Shown here: positions 1 to 9,353 of the stretch, one piece after another
Numbering within the stretch: position 1 is the first letter of the stretch
How the letters are laid out: each line of letters begins with the position of its first letter
NCBI GenBank assembly: GCA_003514005.1
Contig: DOSJ01000010.1
Span: 39,425-103,424 of the forward strand
Origin: Candidatus Falkowbacteria bacterium
GTDB taxonomy: Bacteria > Patescibacteriota > Patescibacteriia > Patescibacteriales > UBA12075
Reading direction: 5' to 3'
DNA: 64,000 nt
Notes under the pieces: generated by a model
What the model was told of the DNA's origin: nothing
The model's input: only the letters and a program-made list of their open reading frames with translations
Databases searched by the model: none
Made by a program: the position numbers and the translations under genes

Positions 1-191
1 TCTATTCCAAGCTCTTGCAAATTTGGCAACCAAGGGTCAATAAACAAAAGCACAAAATTAAATATACTCCAGATGCCGACAAAGAATGCGTAGGTAATTG
101 ATGAGTGGATTTTTTTTGACAACAAAAATTTGTCAGCAACATATATGCCGGCGTTTATGGAGTAGGAGAGGATGGCGATTAGGATGAACAT
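1..191 (-). CDS. Hypothetical membrane protein, partial (start at 191, runs off the left edge)
   Basis: Manual minus-strand translation from ATG at 191-189 gives MFILIAILSYSINAGIYVADKFLLSKKIHSSITYAFFVGIW..., open to position 1 and hydrophobic. Absent from the track, presumably because it is truncated. Confidence 0.35.
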   Translation of the reverse strand, partial: MFILIAILSYSINAGIYVADKFLLSKKIHSSITYAFFVGIWSIFNFVLLFIDPWLPNLQELGI

Positions 192-291
192 TGAGTTAAA
201 AGTTGTAAAGTAAAAAGTTGTAAAGTAAAAAGTTTTTTAATTTATGAACTTTATACTTTATAACTTTTAACTTTAAACTAAAACATAACTC

Positions 292-1521
292 TTACTTTAT
301 ACTATTCGATCTACAAATCTCCGCATAAAAATCCGCACTTGGTCGCTTCTTGCGCTCAAATGTATCACGGTCAACCGCGAACAAACCGAATTTCGGCGAC
401 CAGCCTTTATCCCATTCAAAATTATCCAATAGCGACCAATAAAAATAACCGCGCACGTCAATGCCTTCTGATATCGCCTTGTGCACGTAATAAAGATGAT
501 CTTTAATAAATTGCATACGCTTTTTATCGCTTTCATCTGCCAGCCCATTTTCCAAAATATAGATCGGCTTTTTATATTTACTTAATTCTTTTAAAACATA
601 AAACAGTCCTTCGGGAAATATTTCCCAACCCATGTCAGTAATATTATCTTTATCTCTTTTTATAAACGGCGGTATCAGGGACAAGTTGATTCTGCGATAA
701 TAATCAACGCCGATAAAATCTATATAATTATTTATTTTATTAAAAAATTTATTTATTCCATAATACGCAACAATCTTTTTAAATAACTGTTCCGGAGCAA
801 ACCACTTTCTTGCTGGCTCAAAATAATTGCTTAAATTTGTGATGCTTACATTTGCATTTGGAAAAAAATTATGAATTTTTTCATAAGCCTTGATATGGGC
901 TTTTATCAAATTATTGGTTGCTTTTTTAAATTTAAAAAAAGAATGTTTATTTGGTGGAAAGTATCCAAGAAAATAACTATAATTAGCAAAAAGCATCGGC
1001 TCATTCAATGTAACCCAAAAATCAATATTTCCGCCCAAATTTTCGATTATCAAATCAACATATTTTAAATAATGTTCCACCGCGCTCTTTTTTGTCCAGC
1101 CACCCTCTCTTGCCAGCCAAACCGGATTTGTCCAATGCCAAAGAGTTACAACGGTTTTTAGGTTCCTTTTTTTTGCTTCTTGCAAGACATCACGGTAATG
1201 ATTGATAGCCTCCACATCCCAAACATCTTTTTTCGGCTGAATCCGCGCCCATTCAATTCCAATGCGAATTGAGTTTGAATTAAGCGAAACCGCCAAATCC
1301 AAGTCTTCCTTATATCTATTATAAGAATCACAAGCCTTCCCACATATATAATCTTTAGGATTCTTTCCTTTTTTTTCTAACTTCTTACTTCTGCCTTCTG
1401 ACTTCTCCCATTCACTCCAATCATTCGTAATTCCGCCCTCGATTTGATATGCGCTTGTGGAAGTTCCCCACAAAAATCCGTCTGGAAATTTAATTTCTTT
1501 TTCAAAATTTTCATTATTCAT
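292..1521 (-). CDS. Glycoside hydrolase family 1 beta-glucosidase
   Basis: 409 aa. GH1 motifs present: FLWGTSTSAYQIEG, TLNEP (acid/base Glu) and YILENG (nucleophile Glu). Confidence 0.85.
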   Translation of the reverse strand: MNNENFEKEIKFPDGFLWGTSTSAYQIEGGITNDWSEWEKSEGRSKKLEKKGKNPKDYICGKACDSYNRYKEDLDLAVSLNSNSIRIGIEWARIQPKKDVWDVEAINHYRDVLQEAKKRNLKTVVTLWHWTNPVWLAREGGWTKKSAVEHYLKYVDLIIENLGGNIDFWVTLNEPMLFANYSYFLGYFPPNKHSFFKFKKATNNLIKAHIKAYEKIHNFFPNANVSITNLSNYFEPARKWFAPEQLFKKIVAYYGINKFFNKINNYIDFIGVDYYRRINLSLIPPFIKRDKDNITDMGWEIFPEGLFYVLKELSKYKKPIYILENGLADESDKKRMQFIKDHLYYVHKAISEGIDVRGYFYWSLLDNFEWDKGWSPKFGLFAVDRDTFERKKRPSADFYAEICRSNSIK

Positions 1522-1765
1522 AAAACTTAATGCTATTTTAAATTATCTTGCCATATTATTATAGCATTTTTTCGATTTTAAATAAAAAAGTGCATACTAA
1601 GTGTAAAAACTGTGCAAAATACTAAGAAATAATTTAAAATAAATTTAATTTTAAAAATTCCCGAAAAATTAAGTAAACATATTTTATAATAATTATATAA
1701 AATATAACTAATATTAAACAATTTTTAATTATTAATTTTTAATTATTAATTAGCACATAATTCTC

Positions 1766-1794
1766 TTGACAATAAATAAAAAAACGTTTAATAT
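1766..1794 (+). promoter_or_regulatory. Sigma70-type promoter upstream of the 16S gene (TTGACA-17 nt-TAATAT)
   Basis: TTGACA at 1766-1771, a 17-nt spacer, then TAATAT at 1789-1794, about 300 nt upstream of the 16S 5' end. The same hexamer pair and spacing recur upstream of infB. Confidence 0.5.
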
Positions 1795-1872
1795 ACAATT
1801 ACGTTTAAATATTGGGTAAAAAGCAATGTTTAACTAACAATTCAAACCTAAATTTAGTTTCGCTTACAGTAT

Positions 1873-1923
1873 AAAACAGATTGTAAGATCTGTTTTTTGG
1901 TTGAATTGCTTGCTACTTAACAA
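1873..1923 (+). promoter_or_regulatory. rrn leader: boxB-like hairpin plus boxA-like antitermination box
   Basis: A 9-bp hairpin (AAAACAGAT/ATCTGTTTT, 1873-1896) is followed by TGCTACTTAACAA at 1911-1923. That differs from the E. coli rrn boxA (TGCTCTTTAACAA) at 2 of 13 positions. Confidence 0.45.
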
Positions 1924-1931
1924 TCTAATTT

Positions 1932-1954
1932 TTGGCGCTAGCAGGCGCCAATTT
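1932..1954 (+). other. 5' half of the 16S precursor processing stem
   Basis: TTGGCGCTAGCAGGCGCCAATTT is complementary over about 15-16 nt to 3811-3832 on the far side of the 16S gene. This is the typical RNase III stem arrangement. Confidence 0.6.
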
Positions 1955-2098
1955 GTTCGTTCTAAAAACGGACACAACCAAATTTGTGAGATTCTAACAT
2001 CTTCAAATATTCCTTTGATATACTTCTCTTTAAAAAAGAAATATGTCGCTTGGCACAACCAAGTAAAAAACTACAGGACAAGTAAACCTGTCAAAAAA

Positions 2099-3580
<1,482 letters not shown>

Positions 3581-3810
3581 CTAGGGAGAATGGCTCTGAG
3601 TTCAAAGTTTGAAAGTTAAAAGTTATATAGTTATTTCGATAATTCTATACTTTGAAACTTTCTACTTTATAACTCCTAGCCGTCGACACTTCTTTCCACT
3701 TTTTAAACAGTGTATGTTTAAAAAGATGAAGTGCTGGAACAGAATTTATTCTGGTTCAGGATTAAAAGTCTTTGCCTCTAAGTGAGTGGCAAAGCAAACC
3801 GGTTGTAAAA

Positions 3811-3832
3811 AAGTTGGCGCCTGCTAGCCCCA
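3811..3832 (+). other. 3' half of the 16S precursor processing stem
   Basis: AAGTTGGCGCCTGCTAGCCCCA. Its reverse complement matches 1932-1954. Confidence 0.6.
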
Positions 3833-3889
3833 AATCATTCCGCGAAAAAGCGGAAACGGTTTTATGGGGCCGTTCTTTGATTTAAAAGC

Positions 3890-3934
3890 AAAAAAGATTG
3901 GTCCTTACTTTGTACGAGCCAATCTTTTTTGTTT
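3890..3934 (+). terminator. Intrinsic terminator downstream of the 16S gene
   Basis: Stem AAAAAAGATTGG / CCAATCTTTTTT with a 17-nt loop, followed by TTTTGTTT. Confidence 0.5.
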
Positions 3935-3963
3935 GGACCACAAATCAACGAATCGATCACAAA

Positions 3964-3992
3964 TTCACAAATATTTATAATTATACTATAAT
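3964..3992 (+). promoter_or_regulatory. Sigma70-type promoter of the tRNA cluster (TTCACA-17 nt-TATAAT)
   Basis: TTCACA at 3964-3969, a 17-nt spacer, then a perfect TATAAT at 3987-3992, about 55 nt upstream of tRNA-Ile. Confidence 0.5.
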
Positions 3993-4048
3993 AATCCCAA
4001 AGCCTTGTACCACGTTGGGGCATGCCCCGCGTAGCCAAAGGCGAAGTG

Positions 4049-4122
<74 letters not shown>

Positions 4123-4128
4123 CAGAAT

Positions 4129-4197
4129 AATTTATGATTTTAGATTTAGGATTTATGAAATATTTATATCATATATCCTAAATCCAAAATCATAAAT
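4129..4197. repeat. AT-rich inverted repeat filling the tRNA-Ile / tRNA-fMet spacer
   Basis: Arms TTTATGATTTTAGATTTAGGAT and ATCCTAAATCCAAAATCATAAA face each other. Confidence 0.6.
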
Positions 4198-4202
4198 ATC
4201 AT

Positions 4203-4275
4203 AGCGGGGTAGAGCAGTTGGCAGCTCGCCAGGCCCATAACCTGGAGGCCGTCGGTTCGAATCCGACCCCCGCAA
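4203..4275 (+). tRNA. Initiator tRNA-Met (anticodon CAT)
   Basis: Aligns arm by arm with E. coli tRNA-fMet (GCGGGG-T-GAGC...GCTC...CATAA...GTCGGTTCGAATCCGAC-CCCCGCAA). Position 1:72 is an unpaired A:A. No encoded CCA. Confidence 0.8.
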
Positions 4276-4281
4276 CAAATT

Positions 4282-4356
4282 CAATTAAAAATTAAGAATT
4301 AAAAATTAAGAATTAATTGCTCGAATTATTAATTCTTAATTTTTAATTCTTAATTG
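4282..4356. repeat. AT-rich inverted repeat filling the tRNA-fMet / tRNA-Phe spacer
   Basis: Arms built from AATTAAAAATTAAGAATT words and their complement, around a central GCTCGAATTATT. Confidence 0.6.
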
Positions 4357-4368
4357 ATAATTGACGGC

Positions 4369-4440
4369 GCCTCGGTAGCTCAGTGGTAGAGCATGCGACT
4401 GAAAATCGCAGTGTCGTCAGTTCAATTCTGACCCGGGGCA
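4369..4440 (+). tRNA. tRNA-Phe (anticodon GAA)
   Basis: Acceptor GCCTCGG/CCGGGGC, D arm GCTCAGTGGTAGAGC, anticodon stem-loop TGCGA-CTGAAAA-TCGCA, T arm GTCAGTTCAATTCTGAC. Confidence 0.9.
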
Positions 4441-4520
4441 CAAGGAGTTTTCGATTGACGATTTTCGATTTACGAATGTTGAAATATCAATAAATCGGAA
4501 ATCGGAAATCGTAAATTACC

Positions 4521-4591
4521 CGGGGTGTCGTATACCGGTAGTACGCATGGTTTGGGACCATGTTGACTGGGTTCAATTCCCAGCACCCCGA
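4521..4591 (+). tRNA. tRNA-Pro (anticodon TGG)
   Basis: Acceptor CGGGGTG/CACCCCG, anticodon stem-loop CATGG-TTTGGGA-CCATG, T arm CTGGGTTCAATTCCCAG. Confidence 0.85.
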
Positions 4592-4599
4592 CAGACAAT

Positions 4600-4730
4600 A
4601 ATTTTCAATTTTAAATTTTAAATTTTTAAACAATTTTAAATGATTTAATTTTCAATGCTTTAAATAAAAAAAATTAATCATTAAAAATTTTCTCATTCAT
4701 TAAAAATTTAAAATTAAAAATTAAAAATTC
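4600..4730. repeat. AT-rich inverted repeat in the tRNA-Pro / tRNA-Gly spacer
   Basis: AATTTTCAATTTTAAATTTTAAATTTTTAA at the left is roughly complementary to TTAAAAATTTAAAATTAAAAATTAAAAATT at the right. Confidence 0.45.
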
Positions 4731-4736
4731 TCCTCT

Positions 4737-4809
4737 GCGGGTATAGTATAGTGGCTTTTTATGCTAGCCTTCCAAGCTGGAGAGACGGGTTCGATTCCCG
4801 TTACCCGCT
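4737..4809 (+). tRNA. tRNA-Gly (anticodon TCC)
   Basis: Acceptor GCGGGTA/TACCCGC, anticodon stem-loop CTAGC-CTTCCAA-GCTGG, T arm ACGGGTTCGATTCCCGT. Confidence 0.85.
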
Positions 4810-4817
4810 CAAATAAC

Positions 4818-4856
4818 AAAATCCACCAAAACGAAGCGACGGTGGATTTTGTTTTT
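4818..4856 (+). terminator. Intrinsic terminator after the tRNA cluster
   Basis: Stem AAAATCCACC / GGTGGATTTT followed by GTTTTT. Confidence 0.7.
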
Positions 4857-4895
4857 CAAAAAATATTATCTGACTAAATTTTCAAATCCAAAAAA

Positions 4896-4924
4896 TTGAC
4901 ATTTTCAATTTAATATTGTAATAT
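4896..4924 (+). promoter_or_regulatory. Sigma70-type promoter upstream of infB (TTGACA-17 nt-TAATAT)
   Basis: TTGACA at 4896-4901 and TAATAT at 4919-4924. Confidence 0.5.
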
Positions 4925-5033
4925 TAAATAAATTTACAGATAAAAATATCTGTTTCTTTATTTTATAAAGTTTTTTAACTTATCCGCAAAATATCGCTTA
5001 TATTCGGCTTTAAATACGCGGCTCAATACATAC

Positions 5034-7016
5034 ATGAATGTAACCGAACTTGCCAGAACATTAAAAGTAACTCCAAACGAGTTGCGGCAGATGATGCCGG
5101 ATCTCGGTTTTGATATTGGCCAAAAGGCAATCAAAATCAATGGGAGCGTAGCCAACAAAATTATTAAAGCCTGGCCATCGCTCAAAAGAAAGCTAGAACA
5201 GAAAAAACAGGAAGAGGAAGCAAAAAATCGTTTACTAAAACAATCTTTACCTGAGGGAGAGAAAAAAACCATTCATGTACCAAATTTTATCAGTGTGCGC
5301 GAATTCGCCAATTTGTCAGAACTGCCTTTAAGCATCATTTTATCCGAATTAATGAAAAACGGCATATTCTCATCTTTGAATGAAAAGATCGATTTTGATA
5401 CGGCTTGGCTCGTCGGCTCTGAACTGGGTTTGGAAATAAAGCGCCAAAAAGAAGAAGCTGACACCAAAGAAGAGGAAGAAGGTAACAAATTAATCCAAGC
5501 CTTGGAAAAAGAAGACACAAAAACTTTAATTGCTCGTCCGCCGGTAATCGTTGTCATGGGGCATGTTGACCATGGCAAAACCAAGCTTTTGGACGCGATC
5601 CGCCAAACCCACGTTGTCGAGGGTGAAGCCGGGGGCATAACACAGCATATCGGCGCCTACCAGGCAAAACGCCAAGGCCAAATCATCACCTTTATCGATA
5701 CTCCGGGACATGAGGCTTTTACTGCTATGCGTAGCCGTGGCGCCCGCATCGCTGATATCGCAATATTGGTTGTCGCGGCTGATGACGGCGTAAAACCGCA
5801 GACCGTTGAGGCTTTCCGCATTATCGAGGCAGCAAAGATCCCGTACGTTGTTGCGATTAACAAAATCGACAAGCCGGACGCGAATATCGACAAAGTGAAA
5901 CAAGAGCTTTCCAATATTTTGAAAATCACTCCGGAAGACTGGGGCGGAAAAACAATCTGCGCCCCGATTTCGGCTTTGAAAAATATCGGCATCGACGACC
6001 TTCTTGATCTTGTGCTACTCTCAGCCAAAACCGAAGCGGAAAATATTATCGCGAACCCAGACGCATCCGCAATCGGTACGATTATTGAATCGCACATCGA
6101 CAAAGGCGCCGGTCCGGTAGCGACTATTCTGGTCCAAAACGGAACCTTGCGCGTCGGCGACAACCTTATTTTAAATAATTATAATATCGGTAAAGTAAAA
6201 AGCCTAAGCGATTATCGCGGACGCAAAATCCAATCCGCTGGACCGGCAACCCCGACCCAGATTTTGGGCCTTAAAAACGCTCCCCAAGTCGGCGATATGC
6301 TGGAAGTCGGAACCGGCGAAAGATCAAAGCTAAAAAAGATCAAAGGCATAGCAAACGCGAGCGGGACACAATCGGCCAATTCAGGCGATGACGATGAAAA
6401 AATCAAAAAACTCAATCTTATAATCAAAAGCGATGTACTCGGCTCCGCGGAAGCGATTGAAGAATCATTAATCAAGATCAACACAAAAAGCGTACACGCA
6501 AAAATAATCTACAAAGGTCTTGGAAACATTTCAGACAGCGACATCAGACGCGCGGAAACCTGCAACGCCCAAATAATCAGCTTTAACGTCAAAACTCCGC
6601 CCAATATCCAAGAGCAGGCAAGAGAAAAAAACGTAGCCATAAAATCATATTCCGTTATTTACGATATCATAAACGATGTCCGCAAAGAAATGGAAGCAAT
6701 CCTTGAGCCGACCATAACGCGCGTTGAGCTGGGCAGGCTGAAAGTCTTGGCTATATTCCGCACCGACAAAGACAAGCAGATAATCGGCGGAAAAGTGATT
6801 GAAGGCATTATTGAAAACGGCGCGAAAATCGAGATTTTCCGCAACAAAGAATATATTGATTCTGGCGAACTTACCCGCTTGCAATCCGGCAAGCAAGACG
6901 TCAAAACCTGCGAGACCGACGAAGAATGCGGCATGGAATACAAAGGCCGTCCCGTTATCCTTGTTGGTGATATCCTGAATTTCTCTAAGGAAGAGAAAAC
7001 GATTAACAAGCTATAG
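5034..7016 (+). CDS. infB: Translation initiation factor IF-2
   Basis: 660 aa. GTPase motifs GHVDHGKT, DTPGH and NKID; IF-2 N-terminal and C-terminal domain pattern; followed by rbfA. Confidence 0.95.
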   Translation: MNVTELARTLKVTPNELRQMMPDLGFDIGQKAIKINGSVANKIIKAWPSLKRKLEQKKQEEEAKNRLLKQSLPEGEKKTIHVPNFISVREFANLSELPLSIILSELMKNGIFSSLNEKIDFDTAWLVGSELGLEIKRQKEEADTKEEEEGNKLIQALEKEDTKTLIARPPVIVVMGHVDHGKTKLLDAIRQTHVVEGEAGGITQHIGAYQAKRQGQIITFIDTPGHEAFTAMRSRGARIADIAILVVAADDGVKPQTVEAFRIIEAAKIPYVVAINKIDKPDANIDKVKQELSNILKITPEDWGGKTICAPISALKNIGIDDLLDLVLLSAKTEAENIIANPDASAIGTIIESHIDKGAGPVATILVQNGTLRVGDNLILNNYNIGKVKSLSDYRGRKIQSAGPATPTQILGLKNAPQVGDMLEVGTGERSKLKKIKGIANASGTQSANSGDDDEKIKKLNLIIKSDVLGSAEAIEESLIKINTKSVHAKIIYKGLGNISDSDIRRAETCNAQIISFNVKTPPNIQEQAREKNVAIKSYSVIYDIINDVRKEMEAILEPTITRVELGRLKVLAIFRTDKDKQIIGGKVIEGIIENGAKIEIFRNKEYIDSGELTRLQSGKQDVKTCETDEECGMEYKGRPVILVGDILNFSKEEKTINKL

Positions 7017-7046
7017 TTATATAAATTTCTTTAAGCATTTTCATCT

Positions 7047-7183
7047 TGTCATTCCCGCGAAGGCGGGAATCTCGGTAATAAAGTAAGTAAACAAGAAGTA
7101 TAAAAAATGTTTTTATAAAAAATTTTACAGAAAAATTATTTTGTTATTTTAACACCAAGATTCCCGCCTTCGCGGGAATGACA
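7047..7183. mobile_element. MITE-like element, copy 1 (TGTCATTCCCGCGAAGGCGGGAATC terminal inverted repeats)
   Basis: Left end TGTCATTCCCGCGAAGGCGGGAATCTCGG, right end CCAAGATTCCCGCCTTCGCGGGAATGACA. 137 bp, lying between infB and rbfA. Confidence 0.75.
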
Positions 7184-7222
7184 AATACTAGATAGCTTTA
7201 ATTAAAACTAAAATTATAATCC

Positions 7223-7570
7223 ATGTCAGAACGTATCCTCCAAATCAACGAACTCTTACGCCAGGAAATTGCCGGGCTGATTTCGCGCGAAATATTTTTG
7301 GAAGATGGCTTAATTACCGTAACCCGCGTAATCTGTTCGCCAAACCTGCACAACGCCAAAGCATTCATATCCGTATTGCCGGCTAACCACGCGGGTAGCG
7401 CACTAAGTTTGCTGAGAAGTAACAATTCATTATTCAATAAAGAACTGCGAAAAAAAATAAAAATGAAATTTATACCGAAAATTTTTTGGGCAATCGACGA
7501 ACAGGAACGCTATGTCATGGAAATCGACAAAGTTTTCGATGAAATAAACAATAATGATTCTCTTGATTAA
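7223..7570 (+). CDS. rbfA: Ribosome-binding factor A
   Basis: 115 aa, RbfA-like sequence, in the conserved position after infB. Confidence 0.8.
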   Translation: MSERILQINELLRQEIAGLISREIFLEDGLITVTRVICSPNLHNAKAFISVLPANHAGSALSLLRSNNSLFNKELRKKIKMKFIPKIFWAIDEQERYVMEIDKVFDEINNNDSLD

Positions 7571-8525
7571 CCATTACATAAAGGCCTTGCACAAAATATT
7601 CAAGGCAAAAAACATCCTTCTAGTGACCCATCGGCGTCCGGATGGCGATGCTTTGGCATCGATCAGCGCGATGATGGAGCTTTGCATTGGCATGGAAAAA
7701 AAATTCTCCGCCTACAGCGCGGATCCGGCGCCTGCCCACTATCATTTCTTGCCGCATGTTGAAAAAATCGTCAATGACAAAAACCAACTGGATTTTTCCA
7801 GTTTTGACCTCATAATCGCACTTGACTGCGGGAGTCTGGATCGGACCACCTTGAGCCAAGAAATTTCCGAACGCAGTGAAGACCAATTCGTAATAGAATT
7901 TGATCATCATCCGCGCGTTGACGAATACTCTGATCTGGAAATACGCTATCTTGAAGCGTCTTCAACCGCGGAAATATTATATTATTTTTTCAAAGGAAAC
8001 AATATCAAGTTCAACAAAAACCTAGCCAACTGCATCCTGACCGGAATACTGACTGATACCGGCAATTTCCTTTACCCTTCGACCACGGATGAAACCATAA
8101 AAATCGCGTCCAAGATGCTTCTGCACGGCGCACGCTTTCCGGTTATTCTTGAACATACTTGGCGCAACAAAAGCATGGGCGGCATGAAAATCTGGGGACA
8201 GGCTATGAGTAATCTGCAGATTAACAAAAAATATAATATCGCTTTTACGGTCCTAACCCGCGAAGATATAAACCGCTATCAAGTCAGCGACGAAGAACTG
8301 GAAGGCGTATCCGGCTTTCTCAGCAACCTAAGCGACGTAAACGCGCTTTTATTCCTAAGAGAAGAAGATAATGGCAGAATCAAAGGATCACTCCGAACCT
8401 CACATCCCAAAATAGACATCTCCCGGCTTGCCACTCATCTCGGCGGCGGCGGACACCCAAAGGCTTCCGGATTCATGTTAAAAGGAAAACTGGAGAAAAC
8501 TAAAACAGGATGGCAAATAAATTAG
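7554..8525 (+). CDS. DHH/DHHA1 phosphoesterase (NrnA-like oligoribonuclease/pAp phosphatase)
   Basis: 323 aa. Motifs HRRPDGDALAS, DCG, DHH (EFDHHP) and the DHHA1 motif GGGGHPKASG. Confidence 0.8.
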   Translation: MILLINHYIKALHKIFKAKNILLVTHRRPDGDALASISAMMELCIGMEKKFSAYSADPAPAHYHFLPHVEKIVNDKNQLDFSSFDLIIALDCGSLDRTTLSQEISERSEDQFVIEFDHHPRVDEYSDLEIRYLEASSTAEILYYFFKGNNIKFNKNLANCILTGILTDTGNFLYPSTTDETIKIASKMLLHGARFPVILEHTWRNKSMGGMKIWGQAMSNLQINKKYNIAFTVLTREDINRYQVSDEELEGVSGFLSNLSDVNALLFLREEDNGRIKGSLRTSHPKIDISRLATHLGGGGHPKASGFMLKGKLEKTKTGWQIN

Positions 8526-8604
8526 GTAATTAGGGCATAGGTACTTAGGGAATGGGTATTAACAAAAATCTATTCCCTAAGCACCTAAGTACCTATGCCC
8601 TATT
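8526..8604. repeat. Palindromic element (TAGGGCATAGGTACTTAGG arms), left of clpP
   Basis: GTAATTAGGGCATAGGTACTTAGGGAAT ... ATTCCCTAAGCACCTAAGTACCTATGCCCTA. The same arms recur at 9241-9353. Confidence 0.7.
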
Positions 8605-8665
8605 TAAATAATTTCATCAATTTTCAACAACTCAAATTGGGTATTGATTATTGAATATTACTACA

Positions 8666-9244
8666 ATGACCCTAATACCAACAGTTATCGAAAAATCCAG
8701 CCATGGCGAACGTGCCTATGATATTTATTCACGCCTTTTGCGCGAACGAATAATATTTTTAGGCGAAGCAGTTGACGACCATGTCGCCAATATCATAATC
8801 GCGCAATTCCTTTTTTTGGATGCCGAAGACAAAAACAAAGATATTAAATTCTACATCAATACTCCGGGCGGCTCCGTTACAGCTGGCATGGCGATTTATG
8901 ATACTATGCAATTCATAAAATCAGATGTTTCCACTATCTGCATCGGCATGGCCGCATCTATGGGCGCGACTTTGCTAGCCGCCGGCGCATCTGGCAAGAG
9001 ATTTGCCTTGCCCAATTCCGAAATAATGATTCATCAGGTAATGGGCGGAGTCGAGGGTCAAGCCAGCGATGTCAAAATCCGCGCTGATCACATCCTGCGC
9101 GTCAAAGACCGTTTAAACAAAATATTTGCTAAACACACAGGGCAAAAAATTACCACCATTGAGAAAGATACCGATCGAGATTATTATATGACACCGGAAG
9201 AAGCGCTGAAGTATGGAATTATTGATAAGATTATTGTTAAATAA
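8666..9244 (+). CDS. clpP: ATP-dependent Clp protease proteolytic subunit
   Basis: The ClpP signature runs throughout ([18 protein letters not shown], catalytic Ser in GMAASMG, MIHQ). The ATG at 8666 (MTLIPTVIE) is preferred over the TTG at 8651 used in the track. Confidence 0.9.
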   Translation: MTLIPTVIEKSSHGERAYDIYSRLLRERIIFLGEAVDDHVANIIIAQFLFLDAEDKNKDIKFYINTPGGSVTAGMAIYDTMQFIKSDVSTICIGMAASMGATLLAAGASGKRFALPNSEIMIHQVMGGVEGQASDVKIRADHILRVKDRLNKIFAKHTGQKITTIEKDTDRDYYMTPEEALKYGIIDKIIVK

Positions 9245-9353
9245 TTTAGGGCATAGGTACTTAGGTACTTAGGGGCTATAAAAAACGTCTTGATTTTTTA
9301 TCAAGACGTTTTTTATTATTCCCAAGTACCTAAGTACCTATGCCCTAATTACC
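9241..9353. repeat. Palindromic element (same arms as 8526-8604) enclosing a bidirectional terminator, right of clpP
   Basis: Arms TAGGGCATAGGTACTTAGGTACTTAGGGG and CCCAAGTACCTAAGTACCTATGCCCTAATTACC. The inner hairpin is AAAAAACGTCTTGAT/ATCAAGACGTTTTTT. The right arm supplies the last codons and stop of the 9338-11560 gene. Confidence 0.7.

Noticed and set aside
4447-4518. The tRNA-Phe / tRNA-Pro spacer as another perfect hairpin
   Set aside because: It is built from TCGATT / AATCGGA words, but the two halves are not in register as a simple inverted repeat. It was not listed as a hairpin feature.
5273-7009. Long antisense and alternate-frame ORFs overlapping infB, with similar shadow ORFs over glyA, rnj, the 1585-aa gene, recA and others
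   Set aside because: Each overlaps a gene with a strong family signature on the other strand or frame and has a low-complexity or atypical composition. They are shadow ORFs.
8651-8665. TTG start for clpP used in the track
   Set aside because: The ATG at 8666 gives the canonical ClpP N-terminus (MTLIPTVIE...). The five extra codons have no support.
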